A DNA stretch of 58,895 bases, filler included. It is 4 parts of 4 records of this genome, joined end to end, with 100 filler letters (N's around TTAATTAATTAA, not from the genome) between each part and the next. Parts side by side here need not be neighbours in the genome. Positions count along the whole stretch, not along the records: positions 28,953 to 46,667 come from SRR20825006_2211; positions 46,768 to 58,895 come from SRR20825006_2213; 2 more parts are not named here. The stretch is one strand, 5' to 3'. Shown here one piece after another: positions 44,127-52,686 of the stretch. Position numbers and translations under genes: made by a program. The stretch's first letter is position 1; each line of letters starts with the position of its first letter. Below the pieces are notes generated by a model, which was given only the letters and a program-made list of their open reading frames with translations, was not told where the DNA came from and did not search any database.

Positions 44127-45317
44127 ATGACCCTGCCTACCCTGCGCCTTGCCAAAAATGAAGAACGTCGACTGCGCGGCGGCCATCTGTGGATCTACAG
44201 TAATGAGGTCGACAAACAGGCCAGCCCACTGAAGAGCTTCGAGGCCGGAGAGCAAGTGATTGTCGAGTCATCCCAGGGTAAAACACTGGGCGTGGCGTAT
44301 ATCAACCCGCAGTCGCTGATCTGCGCGCGGCTGCTCAGCGGCGGTCAGCAGCCCTTTGGCCAGGCAATGATTGAACAGCGTATCGCCCAGGCGCTGGCAC
44401 TGCGTGAGCAACTCTTTTCATCGCCCTGCTACCGGCTTGTCTACGGTGAAAGTGACTTGTTGCCGGGCTTGGTCGTCGACCGGTTCGGCGACCACCTCTC
44501 GGTACAGTTTAATACCGCGGGCATGGAAGCCCTGCGCGAGCCGGTGCTGAAAGCGCTGGATAAACTGCTGTCTCCGGCGTCAATTTTGCTGCGCAACGAC
44601 GCCTCGGTGCGCAAGCTCGAGGGCCTGCCCAGCGAAGTGGTCTGCGTCCACGGTGAGTCGCCGGAAGACGTTGAATTAACGGAAAACGGCGTGCGTTTCC
44701 TGGCGCCGCTGAGCAGCGGCCAAAAGACCGGCTGGTTCTACGACCAGCGCCCCAATCGGGCCTGGTTACGCGACATCGTTAAAGATAAGCGGGTACTGGA
44801 CGTCTTCAGTTATGTGGGGAGTTTTGGTGTGCAAGCCGGCGTTTTTGGCGCTCGCGAGGTCTGGTGCAACGACGCCTCCGAGCTCGCTCTGGAAAAAGCC
44901 CACGAGAACGCCGCGCTAAACGGCATTGGCGAGCGCTTTAACACGCTTCAGGGCGATGCCTTTGCGGCGCTCAAACAGCTCAAGGAAGACGGTCAACGTT
45001 TCGATGTCATCATCGTCGACCCACCCGCGTTTATTAAACGCAAGAAAGACCAAAAAGAGGGCATTCTGGCGTATCGGCGCATCAACGAACAGGCCATGCG
45101 CTTACTCGAACCCGGCGGCTATCTGCTATCGGCCTCCTGTTCCATGCACATGCCTCGCGAGTCACTACTGGATATTGTGCGGGCCGCCTCACGCCATATT
45201 GACCGCCACGCTCAAATACTGGCCGAAGGTATGCAGGGCGCGGACCACCCCGTACACCCGGCAATCCCCGAGACCCGCTACCTGAAGGCCGTACTGAGCC
45301 GTATCTGCCGCAGTTAG
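44127..45317 (+). CDS. rlmI: 23S rRNA m5C1962 methyltransferase-like
   Basis: GHLWIYSNE PUA domain, ESDLLPGLVVD, GQKTGWFYDQR, DPPAF, YLK. Confidence 0.85.
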   Translation: MTLPTLRLAKNEERRLRGGHLWIYSNEVDKQASPLKSFEAGEQVIVESSQGKTLGVAYINPQSLICARLLSGGQQPFGQAMIEQRIAQALALREQLFSSPCYRLVYGESDLLPGLVVDRFGDHLSVQFNTAGMEALREPVLKALDKLLSPASILLRNDASVRKLEGLPSEVVCVHGESPEDVELTENGVRFLAPLSSGQKTGWFYDQRPNRAWLRDIVKDKRVLDVFSYVGSFGVQAGVFGAREVWCNDASELALEKAHENAALNGIGERFNTLQGDAFAALKQLKEDGQRFDVIIVDPPAFIKRKKDQKEGILAYRRINEQAMRLLEPGGYLLSASCSMHMPRESLLDIVRAASRHIDRHAQILAEGMQGADHPVHPAIPETRYLKAVLSRICRS

Positions 45318-45329
45318 CCCTTTCGTTCT

Positions 45330-46367
45330 CTAGGGGGCGGGATTTGGCTGGGCAGTGTGAATGGCCTCGATACCTTCCATTAGCGCATCGCTGAGCACGA
45401 GCTCGGCGCTGTCGATATTGCTTTTTAGCTGCGCCATTGAAGTTGCGCCGATAATATTGCTGGTGACAAATGGCTGATGCGTTACGAATGCCAGCGCCAT
45501 CTGCGCAAAGTCTATACCGTGTTCCTCCGCTAACAGGGCATAGCGCTCGGTCGCCACGGCAGCCTGAGGATTGTTGTAACGCTGAAAACGCTCGAAAAGC
45601 GTAATGCGGGCATTCTCGGGCCGTTGCCCGTGACGGTATTTGCCACTGAGCATGCCGAAGGCCAGCGGTGAATACGCCAGCAACCCCACATTTTCACGCA
45701 GGGCGATTTCGGCCAGCCCCACTTCAAAACTGCGATTCAACAGGTTGTAGGGGTTCTGAATACTCACCACCCTCGGCAGGGCATAGCGCTCGGCCAGGCG
45801 CAGGAAATTCAATACGCCCCAGGGGGTTTCATTGCTCAGCCCCACCGTTTTTACCTGCCCGCTGGCCACCAACTCGCTGAGGGTTTTCAGTAATTCATGC
45901 TGATTCGCTTCGACGTCGGCGTTATCGCTGCTGTGGCGGTAGCCCAACTTGCCAAAAAAATTGGTGTCGCGATTTGGCCAGTGAATCTGATAGAGATCGA
46001 GGTAATCGGTTTGCAGGCGCTGAAGACTGCCTTCGAAGGCCTTGAGCAGGGCGTCGCGATCCAGCCCGCGGCCACCGCGAATATGTGCATTGCCGGGGCC
46101 GGTGGCTTTACTGGCAAGCACCAGTTGGTCTCGACCTCCGCGCTCACTCAGCCAGCGACCGATGTACTCCTCCGTGCGCCCCTGTGTTTCCGCCCGGGGC
46201 GGCACTGGATACATTTCAGCGGTGTCGAAAAAATTGATCCCACGCGAGCGAGCATAATCCATTTGCTCGAAGGCCTCGTCACAGGTGTTTTGCTCGCCCC
46301 AGGTCATTGTGCCCAGGCAGAGCTCACTGACCTCGATAGTGGAATTTCCCAGGGGACGCATTTTCAT
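45330..46367 (-). CDS. tas: NADP(H)-dependent aldo-keto reductase Tas
   Basis: LGTMTWGEQN, DTAEMYPVPP, HWPNR, GLSNETPWG. Confidence 0.9.
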   Translation of the reverse strand: MKMRPLGNSTIEVSELCLGTMTWGEQNTCDEAFEQMDYARSRGINFFDTAEMYPVPPRAETQGRTEEYIGRWLSERGGRDQLVLASKATGPGNAHIRGGRGLDRDALLKAFEGSLQRLQTDYLDLYQIHWPNRDTNFFGKLGYRHSSDNADVEANQHELLKTLSELVASGQVKTVGLSNETPWGVLNFLRLAERYALPRVVSIQNPYNLLNRSFEVGLAEIALRENVGLLAYSPLAFGMLSGKYRHGQRPENARITLFERFQRYNNPQAAVATERYALLAEEHGIDFAQMALAFVTHQPFVTSNIIGATSMAQLKSNIDSAELVLSDALMEGIEAIHTAQPNPAP

Positions 46368-46400
46368 CACACACTCCTTTTGTATTTTTGCGCGAATAAT

Positions 46401-46667
46401 TCAGCAACAGGGCAAAGCGCCGTCATCATCAGCCGTACTGAAAGGCAGCGACACGCCGCAGCCTTCAAAGATGCCGTAGTGGCGGCTAAAGTCGCCCATA
46501 AAATCAAAGTGCTCGGCAAAACGGCTGTCGGCCAGCATTCGCCAGGTATTGCCACACACCGGAAACACCCGACCCACTTCAATAATATGGTGCTTGTCGA
46601 GGACAAAGTTCACCGGCGTTTCACGAATGCTGCCACGGTAGCGAACCGCCTGGCCGTAATCTTCACA
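46401..46667 (-). CDS. arsM: Arsenite methyltransferase (AS3MT/ArsM type) C-terminus, 5'-truncated
   Basis: Hand translation: CEDYGQAVRYRGSI...LDKHH...PVCGNTWRML..SRF...HYGIFEGCG...CC*. Confidence 0.8.
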   Translation of the reverse strand, partial: CEDYGQAVRYRGSIRETPVNFVLDKHHIIEVGRVFPVCGNTWRMLADSRFAEHFDFMGDFSRHYGIFEGCGVSLPFSTADDDGALPCC

Positions 46668-46767
46668 NNNNNNNNNNNNNNNNNNNNNNNNNNNNNNNNN
46701 NNNNNNNNNNNTTAATTAATTAANNNNNNNNNNNNNNNNNNNNNNNNNNNNNNNNNNNNNNNNNNNN
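46668..46767. other. Artificial contig-joining spacer
   Basis: N44-TTAATTAATTAA-N44. Confidence 0.98.
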
Positions 46768-46811
46768 GAGGATACTGGGGGGTTGGGGGGACAAAACAAG
46801 AGAATGCGCAT

Positions 46812-46900
46812 TGCTTTGGCGCCATCTTCACACCAAGAGCGCCCCTATGCTTTGGCGCCTTCATCTCATCAGAAGCTCCCTACGCGTTGGCGCCAACTTC
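46812..46900. repeat. Three degenerate 35-36-bp tandem units with TTGGCGCC core
   Basis: TGCTTTGGCGCC at 46812 and 46848, CGCGTTGGCGCC at 46883. The last two are preceded by CCCTA. Confidence 0.65.
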
Positions 46901-46904
46901 AAAA

Positions 46905-48641
46905 CTAACCGAGGGCGCCTTCCATGAGGACGACATCGCGTTCGATGTGTCGGTCTTGATCGAGCAGGAGCGCCTTTGCGAGGCAATAATTGGCGAGTTT
47001 TGGTGAGCGCGCGTTGAGCTCCATGAACCTGGAGAACTGGGGATGCTCGCGGTTGACAGCGACCTCAAGGCGGCTCTTGCGGCTGCGCTCCTTGGGAGGA
47101 ATCGCCATGACTCTGGAGAGTTTCGGGGCGACTACGAACAGCGGCTCCTCATCGCTCGTGATCGCCACCATGCGACATGTCCAAAGCTTGCGATATCCCG
47201 TATCAGCCTTCTTGAGCAGCGCCGCAGCCCCCGAAATCAACGCGGTGCATTCTTCAGGGACTTGCTCGTCGATCTCGACGGGGAGGTAGACCTCCTCGGG
47301 CTGCACGACGCCAGCGGTCAGGCGAGCCTGGAGCTTGATGATCGGCATACCGAGCATCTCGGTGATGCCTGTCCACCGGAGCACATCGCGGGCTTGCTCC
47401 TTCCAATCCCTGGCGAGCACCAGCTGCCCATAACGCACGAACAACTCGCCGACGTGGCCAAGCCCCGAGTCTGAAGGTTTGGCGCCGTAAAACACAGGGA
47501 TGCGATCCTCGCCGAGCGAATCGGTCAACTCGGACTGCCCTTCGGCGACGAGCAAGCGGCCGTCGCGCTCCCAGAGCTCGAGCATGCGCGCGAGCGTCGT
47601 GGGGCGCCCGTCCACCAGCCGACAGAGGAAACGATCGCCGAGGTTGGCCAGTGATTCTGAGGGTTCGTGCGTGAGGAACGAGATCCAGCGAAGGTAGACG
47701 TTGACCTCGTTGTGACCCCAGCTCTTCTGCTGGACGAGCTGTTCGATGCTCTGGACCAGCGTCTCCAGGAGTTGACCGCTCACGGCCTGGTCCATCAACT
47801 TCATCGCCTTCTCATAGTTCTCGTCGCGCATGATCGTCTCGCGGCTGAGCGTATGCTCGAGATAACGCGATTTGATCTTGAAGGCGATGTGGCTGTAGCG
47901 GCGGGCGCGCTCGAACAAGACGTCCTCGCCGGAGCGCGAGAACGCCAGCGTCAGGCCGCGGTTGTAGAACCCGTAAAAGGGCTCCTTGTTGTAGGCGACC
48001 GCGATCTCGGTCCCCTGATGCTCGACCGTGGTGAAGCACTCGCCGGGGACCTCGAAGGATTCGTTGATGACCTCGACATCTCCCCAGCCATCCTCATCGA
48101 TCGGGGAGCGATCCTCGAAAGAGACCTCCGTCTCGGAGTGTGAGCACCAGTGCTTGAGCGTCTCGCGCACGCCATCGACGAGCTCGCGGTGGCGGTGATA
48201 ATCCCCCTCGAGAAAGAGCGTGATCTGTGTCCCCTCCACGGGCAAATCGAGGCGAGTCTTGCTGAACGAGCGATCCTCGTGGAAGAAGACCTCCCAGTAC
48301 TCTCCTCCGCGCCCTGTGTGAACGAGCACACCCTTGGGCTGGAGCGCGAACACCGAGACAAAGCCGATCCCGAACTTCCCGATCTTGGTCAGGTCGTTTT
48401 CCTTCGTGGAAGCGAACAGTTTGGTGAGCTGCCCGTCGATGATGTGCTCGTCCATCCCCTCGCCAAAATCATCGACGTGGATGGCGATCACACCCTGGTG
48501 CCCCTCGCCCTGCTCGAACTCCATCCACACATCGACCTGCGGACTCCCCGCGTCGATGGAGTTCTGCACCAGCTCGCGGAAGCAATCGAGCGCGGAGCTA
48601 AACTGAGTGACGAGGTTTTCGACAATGCCTGATTCATTCAT
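46905..48641 (-). CDS. Divergent HtpG/HSP90-like GHKL ATPase
   Basis: FRELVQNSIDA, DDFGEGM, IGKFGIGF, GTQI, middle-domain LSRE, C-terminal VNREHP. Confidence 0.85.
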   Translation of the reverse strand: MNESGIVENLVTQFSSALDCFRELVQNSIDAGSPQVDVWMEFEQGEGHQGVIAIHVDDFGEGMDEHIIDGQLTKLFASTKENDLTKIGKFGIGFVSVFALQPKGVLVHTGRGGEYWEVFFHEDRSFSKTRLDLPVEGTQITLFLEGDYHRHRELVDGVRETLKHWCSHSETEVSFEDRSPIDEDGWGDVEVINESFEVPGECFTTVEHQGTEIAVAYNKEPFYGFYNRGLTLAFSRSGEDVLFERARRYSHIAFKIKSRYLEHTLSRETIMRDENYEKAMKLMDQAVSGQLLETLVQSIEQLVQQKSWGHNEVNVYLRWISFLTHEPSESLANLGDRFLCRLVDGRPTTLARMLELWERDGRLLVAEGQSELTDSLGEDRIPVFYGAKPSDSGLGHVGELFVRYGQLVLARDWKEQARDVLRWTGITEMLGMPIIKLQARLTAGVVQPEEVYLPVEIDEQVPEECTALISGAAALLKKADTGYRKLWTCRMVAITSDEEPLFVVAPKLSRVMAIPPKERSRKSRLEVAVNREHPQFSRFMELNARSPKLANYCLAKALLLDQDRHIERDVVLMEGALG

Positions 48642-48652
48642 AAGATTTCACC

Positions 48653-50176
48653 TCATCGCGTGAGCTGAGGGCCGAGTATCGCGAACACGATCGCGCCAGC
48701 CACAACAATAAAGACAAGAACGAGCAAGAAGATGAGCGCTGACTTGCCACGCTTTGGCGTGATCTCGAGCGGTTCGATCTCGGAATTGGAGCCTGGCTGC
48801 GCAGGTGCTTCGGGCACAGGCGCAGGCGAAGATATAGACGGTGAAGGCGCTGGCTCATCGCGCTTTTTCTGAAGCAGGATCAACCGCTCCTCACGAGGGC
48901 GATCGATCGAAGGGTTGGTGTCCTCGACGTTGTCCCAATCATCGGGGAGAGGTTGGTTCGGGCGAACGATCGAATACTTCTCGGCGCTCGGGGGGCGCTC
49001 GACCCGCTTTGGCTGCGTCAGCTCGATGATCTTCTCGGGCTTTGCCTCGGGCTCAGGAGCCGGAGGTCGCGTCGAAGCAAAGTCAGGCGCGAGCACCTCG
49101 CGCGTCGAGACCTGATCCTGGTCCGCGCTCTCTTGCCCATGCTTCAGGGAGAGCCCTGGAGGAGGTTTCAGGCTCGGCCTGGTCTCCTCGCCGAGCAAGT
49201 CACCGTCACCTTCTGCGCCTTGCTGCTCGGTGAGCCTGGAGAACGCCGCGCGTACAGCGGCGGACGCCTCCACGCTCGGGCGCGTCGCCATATGATCTTC
49301 GAAGGGATCATCCTCGAGGTCGAGCGTGCGCAACGCCTCGATAATCTGAGCTGCGTTCTGCCACCTTCGCGCGACCTGCTTCTCGAGCATCTTGTCGATG
49401 ATGACGCGAAACTCTGCGGGCACGAGCACTGATGAAGGGAGCTTGATGGACTCTGGCTCGAGCTGCTTGGCGATCAAATCGAGGTTGCTCTTGTGAGGAT
49501 AGGCCTTTTGCCCGGTCAACAACTCGTAGGTCACGAGCCCGAGCGCGTAGAGGTCACTCGCGGGGAGCGCCTCTCTCCCGATCGCCTCCGGCGCCATGTA
49601 GCGCGGGGTACCGATCAGGTTGCCCTCGCGCGTCTGGCGCAAGTCATCCTGTGACTCCTCGTCGAACAACCTGGCGATGCCGAAGTCGAGCAGCTTGACG
49701 AAGTCGCGCTCGCCCATGTGCTCGTGGAGCATGATGTTATCGGGCTTGATATCTCGGTGGAGGATCCCGTGATGGTGAGCTTCGCGCAGGCTCTCGAGCG
49801 CCTGGCGCAGGATCTTTGCGACGCGAGTCGGCGCGAAGGCGCCTTGCTGCGCGAGCGCCTGCGCGAGCGAGGTGCCCTCGACAAGCTCGAGCGCCATGTA
49901 AAGGATGCCCTGCGGGGTTTGCCCGAAATCGTGCACGATCACGGTCGCCGGAGATCGCAGCCGCGACAGCGCGATCGCCTCTTTTTCAAAGCGCGCGGCG
50001 AAGTGCCGAGGATCTCCGTGCTGGATGGCAGGATCAAAGATCTTGAGGGCCACCGGGCGGCCCATGCCAAGCTGTATCGCCTTGTAGATCCTGGCAAACC
50101 CACCACGCCCGATCAGAGAGACGATCTCGTATCTCTGGGCGATGATCGTACCAGGGTGTAGCTCGTGATGAGCCAT
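48653..50176 (-). CDS. Hanks-type Ser/Thr protein kinase with Pro-rich linker and C-terminal TM
   Basis: GRGGFA, VALK, HRDIKPDN, DFG, GTPRYMAPE, DLYALG. Alternative GTG start at 50191. Confidence 0.95.
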   Translation of the reverse strand: MAHHELHPGTIIAQRYEIVSLIGRGGFARIYKAIQLGMGRPVALKIFDPAIQHGDPRHFAARFEKEAIALSRLRSPATVIVHDFGQTPQGILYMALELVEGTSLAQALAQQGAFAPTRVAKILRQALESLREAHHHGILHRDIKPDNIMLHEHMGERDFVKLLDFGIARLFDEESQDDLRQTREGNLIGTPRYMAPEAIGREALPASDLYALGLVTYELLTGQKAYPHKSNLDLIAKQLEPESIKLPSSVLVPAEFRVIIDKMLEKQVARRWQNAAQIIEALRTLDLEDDPFEDHMATRPSVEASAAVRAAFSRLTEQQGAEGDGDLLGEETRPSLKPPPGLSLKHGQESADQDQVSTREVLAPDFASTRPPAPEPEAKPEKIIELTQPKRVERPPSAEKYSIVRPNQPLPDDWDNVEDTNPSIDRPREERLILLQKKRDEPAPSPSISSPAPVPEAPAQPGSNSEIEPLEITPKRGKSALIFLLVLVFIVVAGAIVFAILGPQLTR

Positions 50177-50298
50177 GGACGCCACTTCCACGGTGCTGCG
50201 AATGCGGGCGATGTCGATGACGACATCGCCCGTCGGGACTGTTCGACTCGAGGAGAGCTTAATACGTCAGCAGTGATCGCGAAATGTCATTTCTCGGA

Positions 50299-51114
50299 TC
50301 AACGTTGCCCGAGCACATCCTCGACCATGAGCGCGGCATCGACGATGAGTTCGTTGATGTCTGCCACAGAGAGGTGGACGGCGAGGAACTCGGCGTAGAG
50401 GAACGATTGTATCGTGGGCATTTCTCGGATGACGCGCACGCGATCGGAGACGCGGGTGTATTGCTCGAGCGCGCCGAGCGGGCTCCCGCCCTCTCGCAAG
50501 AGCTCTCGCATCGAGAAGGGAGGAAGCTCCATAAACCCGAGCAGGGAGTTCCCGCTGCGATCGAAGAGGTCGAACGAGACGACCTCGGGGATGCTCGACA
50601 TCCGCTTGTAGACGCGCTCGAACATCAGCAGGCGCTGGAAGACCTTGCCGTTCTGGGTCTCTCCCTGGCGCGCGGTGACGCGTTGCTCGTGCTCGTCGTT
50701 GACGCTGGTCGGCTCGTCGAGCGAGAGCGTGGTCGCGTCGAAGAGCGTCTTGCCCCGGTGCATTTGCTCTTCATCGAGGCTCCAGAAGGCATCGAGGAGC
50801 AGGCGCATCAGCGGCCTGTCTATGGTGTGTTTGGTGCGCTCGGTGGTTCGACGGATGATGCGTCCATCCGCCCAACCCGAGATCTGGTAGAAGGCTTCGA
50901 CGCCTTCATGAGCGCTTGTTTCGGCGTGGACCAGCTCCCCCTGGAAGATGGCCAACATGCCTGTCTCTCCGAAGGTGTTGCGCAAGCGCAAGACGCTGGG
51001 TCGCCGTTGATTGGCGTAGAACTGGATGAGTTCGGCGAGCATGGAGAAGAAGGTGGCGCCCCCCGTGTTTGCCACCGGCTTCGTCTCGCCCAAATGGGCA
51101 GTCGTTTGTTGCAT
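50299..51114 (-). CDS. DUF4388/PATAN-like domain protein with C-terminal roadblock-like region
   Basis: LAELIQFY...GMLAIFQGELVHA...EGVEAFYQISGWADG...TIDRPLMRLLLDA. Confidence 0.75.
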   Translation of the reverse strand: MQQTTAHLGETKPVANTGGATFFSMLAELIQFYANQRRPSVLRLRNTFGETGMLAIFQGELVHAETSAHEGVEAFYQISGWADGRIIRRTTERTKHTIDRPLMRLLLDAFWSLDEEQMHRGKTLFDATTLSLDEPTSVNDEHEQRVTARQGETQNGKVFQRLLMFERVYKRMSSIPEVVSFDLFDRSGNSLLGFMELPPFSMRELLREGGSPLGALEQYTRVSDRVRVIREMPTIQSFLYAEFLAVHLSVADINELIVDAALMVEDVLGQR

Positions 51115-51126
51115 GACTTCGGGTTC

Positions 51127-51969
51127 CTAGATGTCCTTGATAAGCTCTTGGAGCGTCTGTAACACGCGCTGGACCAGTGATTGGTCACTGCGCATGATGA
51201 GGTAAAGCCAGGCACCCTTCGATTCCACGGGGAGAAGGATGTGGCAGCGTCGGTCACTCAGGATTTGAACGCGTTGGACGTGCTCCCCCAAGGGGACCAC
51301 AGAAATCATCTGCCGGGCGCGCTCGATCGAGGCGCCATGGTCGACGAAGACTTCACCGCGTTTTCCGATGACCACATGCCCGAGCACGTCCGAGAGCTCC
51401 TCGATTTTGGAGGAGATTTGACGATGCCAGGGCGTCGTATTCGCCAACAGCGCGAGGGATTCTTCGGTCAGCTCGAGAGAGCGGTTCGAGAGATCGAGCT
51501 CGCGGTCGTGGACATCATTGCGGCGAGAGCGCAGATACCAGTATGCATCGAGCATCAAGCGCGTCAGAGATGTATGGATGTTGACGGGGGCGTAGTGTTC
51601 GAGCTGTTCGGAGATCTTTCCTTCGGGCCACGCCATCACTTCATAGAAGGCGCGCTCTCCGGCGATGTTTCCGATGCTCGCGTGGATGATTCTGTTGTGC
51701 GCGAAGCCGAAGGTCGCCTTGCCGTTGGTCGCCGTCGTGTTCTCGAGGACGAGGGTCAGCGGATCATCGTGACGCACACAGATTTGAATGGTGTTAGACA
51801 TGAAGTCGAAGAATGATTCTTCTGACTGGCTGTCCACTCCCTCCCCCAAAGGAACCCTGGTTTTGGATGTAAGCTCTGCCATAGGTCTGCTTATCCAGGG
51901 AAAAGGGGTGTTGTTCATCCCTCTTTCGAGACTCTCCCCCCAATAAATGAAAGGGAGCACATTTTTCAA
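51127..51969 (-). CDS. DUF4388/PATAN-like domain protein with C-terminal roadblock-like region (start uncertain)
   Basis: IIHASIGNIAGERAFYEVMAWPEG...NIHTSLTRLMLDA. Paralogous to the neighbouring gene. Confidence 0.75.
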   Translation of the reverse strand: MKNVLPFIYWGESLERGMNNTPFPWISRPMAELTSKTRVPLGEGVDSQSEESFFDFMSNTIQICVRHDDPLTLVLENTTATNGKATFGFAHNRIIHASIGNIAGERAFYEVMAWPEGKISEQLEHYAPVNIHTSLTRLMLDAYWYLRSRRNDVHDRELDLSNRSLELTEESLALLANTTPWHRQISSKIEELSDVLGHVVIGKRGEVFVDHGASIERARQMISVVPLGEHVQRVQILSDRRCHILLPVESKGAWLYLIMRSDQSLVQRVLQTLQELIKDI

Positions 51970-52161
51970 TGTCCCCCTCTAAGAGAATCTCGATCTGATG
52001 TTGTTTTCGGTGTGTCGCGATTCTTTAAAAGAAGCGCTCCACCACTACCTATCTCATATTAGTGCACATCCAACCAAAAGCAAGCGGAAGCTCCGTATAA
52101 ACCAAAGGCGCCGCCGATTTACGCGTTCGAGTGACGCGCCGTGATACGCCCCTCAAAGCTC

Positions 52162-52686
52162 TTAAAAAGAGATGTCCAAATGATCTGGCAACCCCGGATA
52201 TCCCATCAGCGCGGCGTGGGTGTTGTATTTGCCCGCGGGGATCTGCCCTGGCGTGATGACCACATGTCTTGGCGCGGGGGACTTCGAGGTGTCCCATTGC
52301 ATCATCAATAACCCGTCCACGCCGAGCCCCATGCACACGTGCATCCCGTCATGAGGATCGTGCTTGTTGATGGCGCACTGCCACGCCCACGCCGCGAGCC
52401 ACATCGCCGCCGCCCAGCGAGGGCGCGCGACCTCAGGAGCCTCGGCCTCGATCCTTTTGGAGAGCGCTGGCGCTCCGGTCGATGCAAACTCCGCCCACTC
52501 GAGCAAGGTCGCGCCGTTGTGGAGCTCCTCGCCGAGCTCGCGGCGCACCTTCTCTAGCCCCGCCTGCCTGCGCTCGTCCTCGAGCAGTGAGAGGCTAAAC
52601 ACCACCCAGCCAAACTGATCTCGATCCTTGACGGTCGCCTCGATGGCTGCCCTCAATTCGCCAAACGCGTCGATACTCTCGCTCAT
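52162..52686 (-). CDS. Hypothetical protein
   Basis: 174-aa ORF with ATGA overlap on the AAA gene and protein-like composition. Confidence 0.65.
   Translation of the reverse strand: MSESIDAFGELRAAIEATVKDRDQFGWVVFSLSLLEDERRQAGLEKVRRELGEELHNGATLLEWAEFASTGAPALSKRIEAEAPEVARPRWAAAMWLAAWAWQCAINKHDPHDGMHVCMGLGVDGLLMMQWDTSKSPAPRHVVITPGQIPAGKYNTHAALMGYPGLPDHLDISF

Noticed and set aside
45330..46367. tas as a TIGR-associated Tas protein
   Set aside because: Name coincidence only. This is the aldo-keto reductase Tas, and it is on a different contig from the repeat.
46812..46900. CRISPR or TIGR array call
   Set aside because: Only three degenerate units with a 12-bp core, related spacers, and no associated effector gene.
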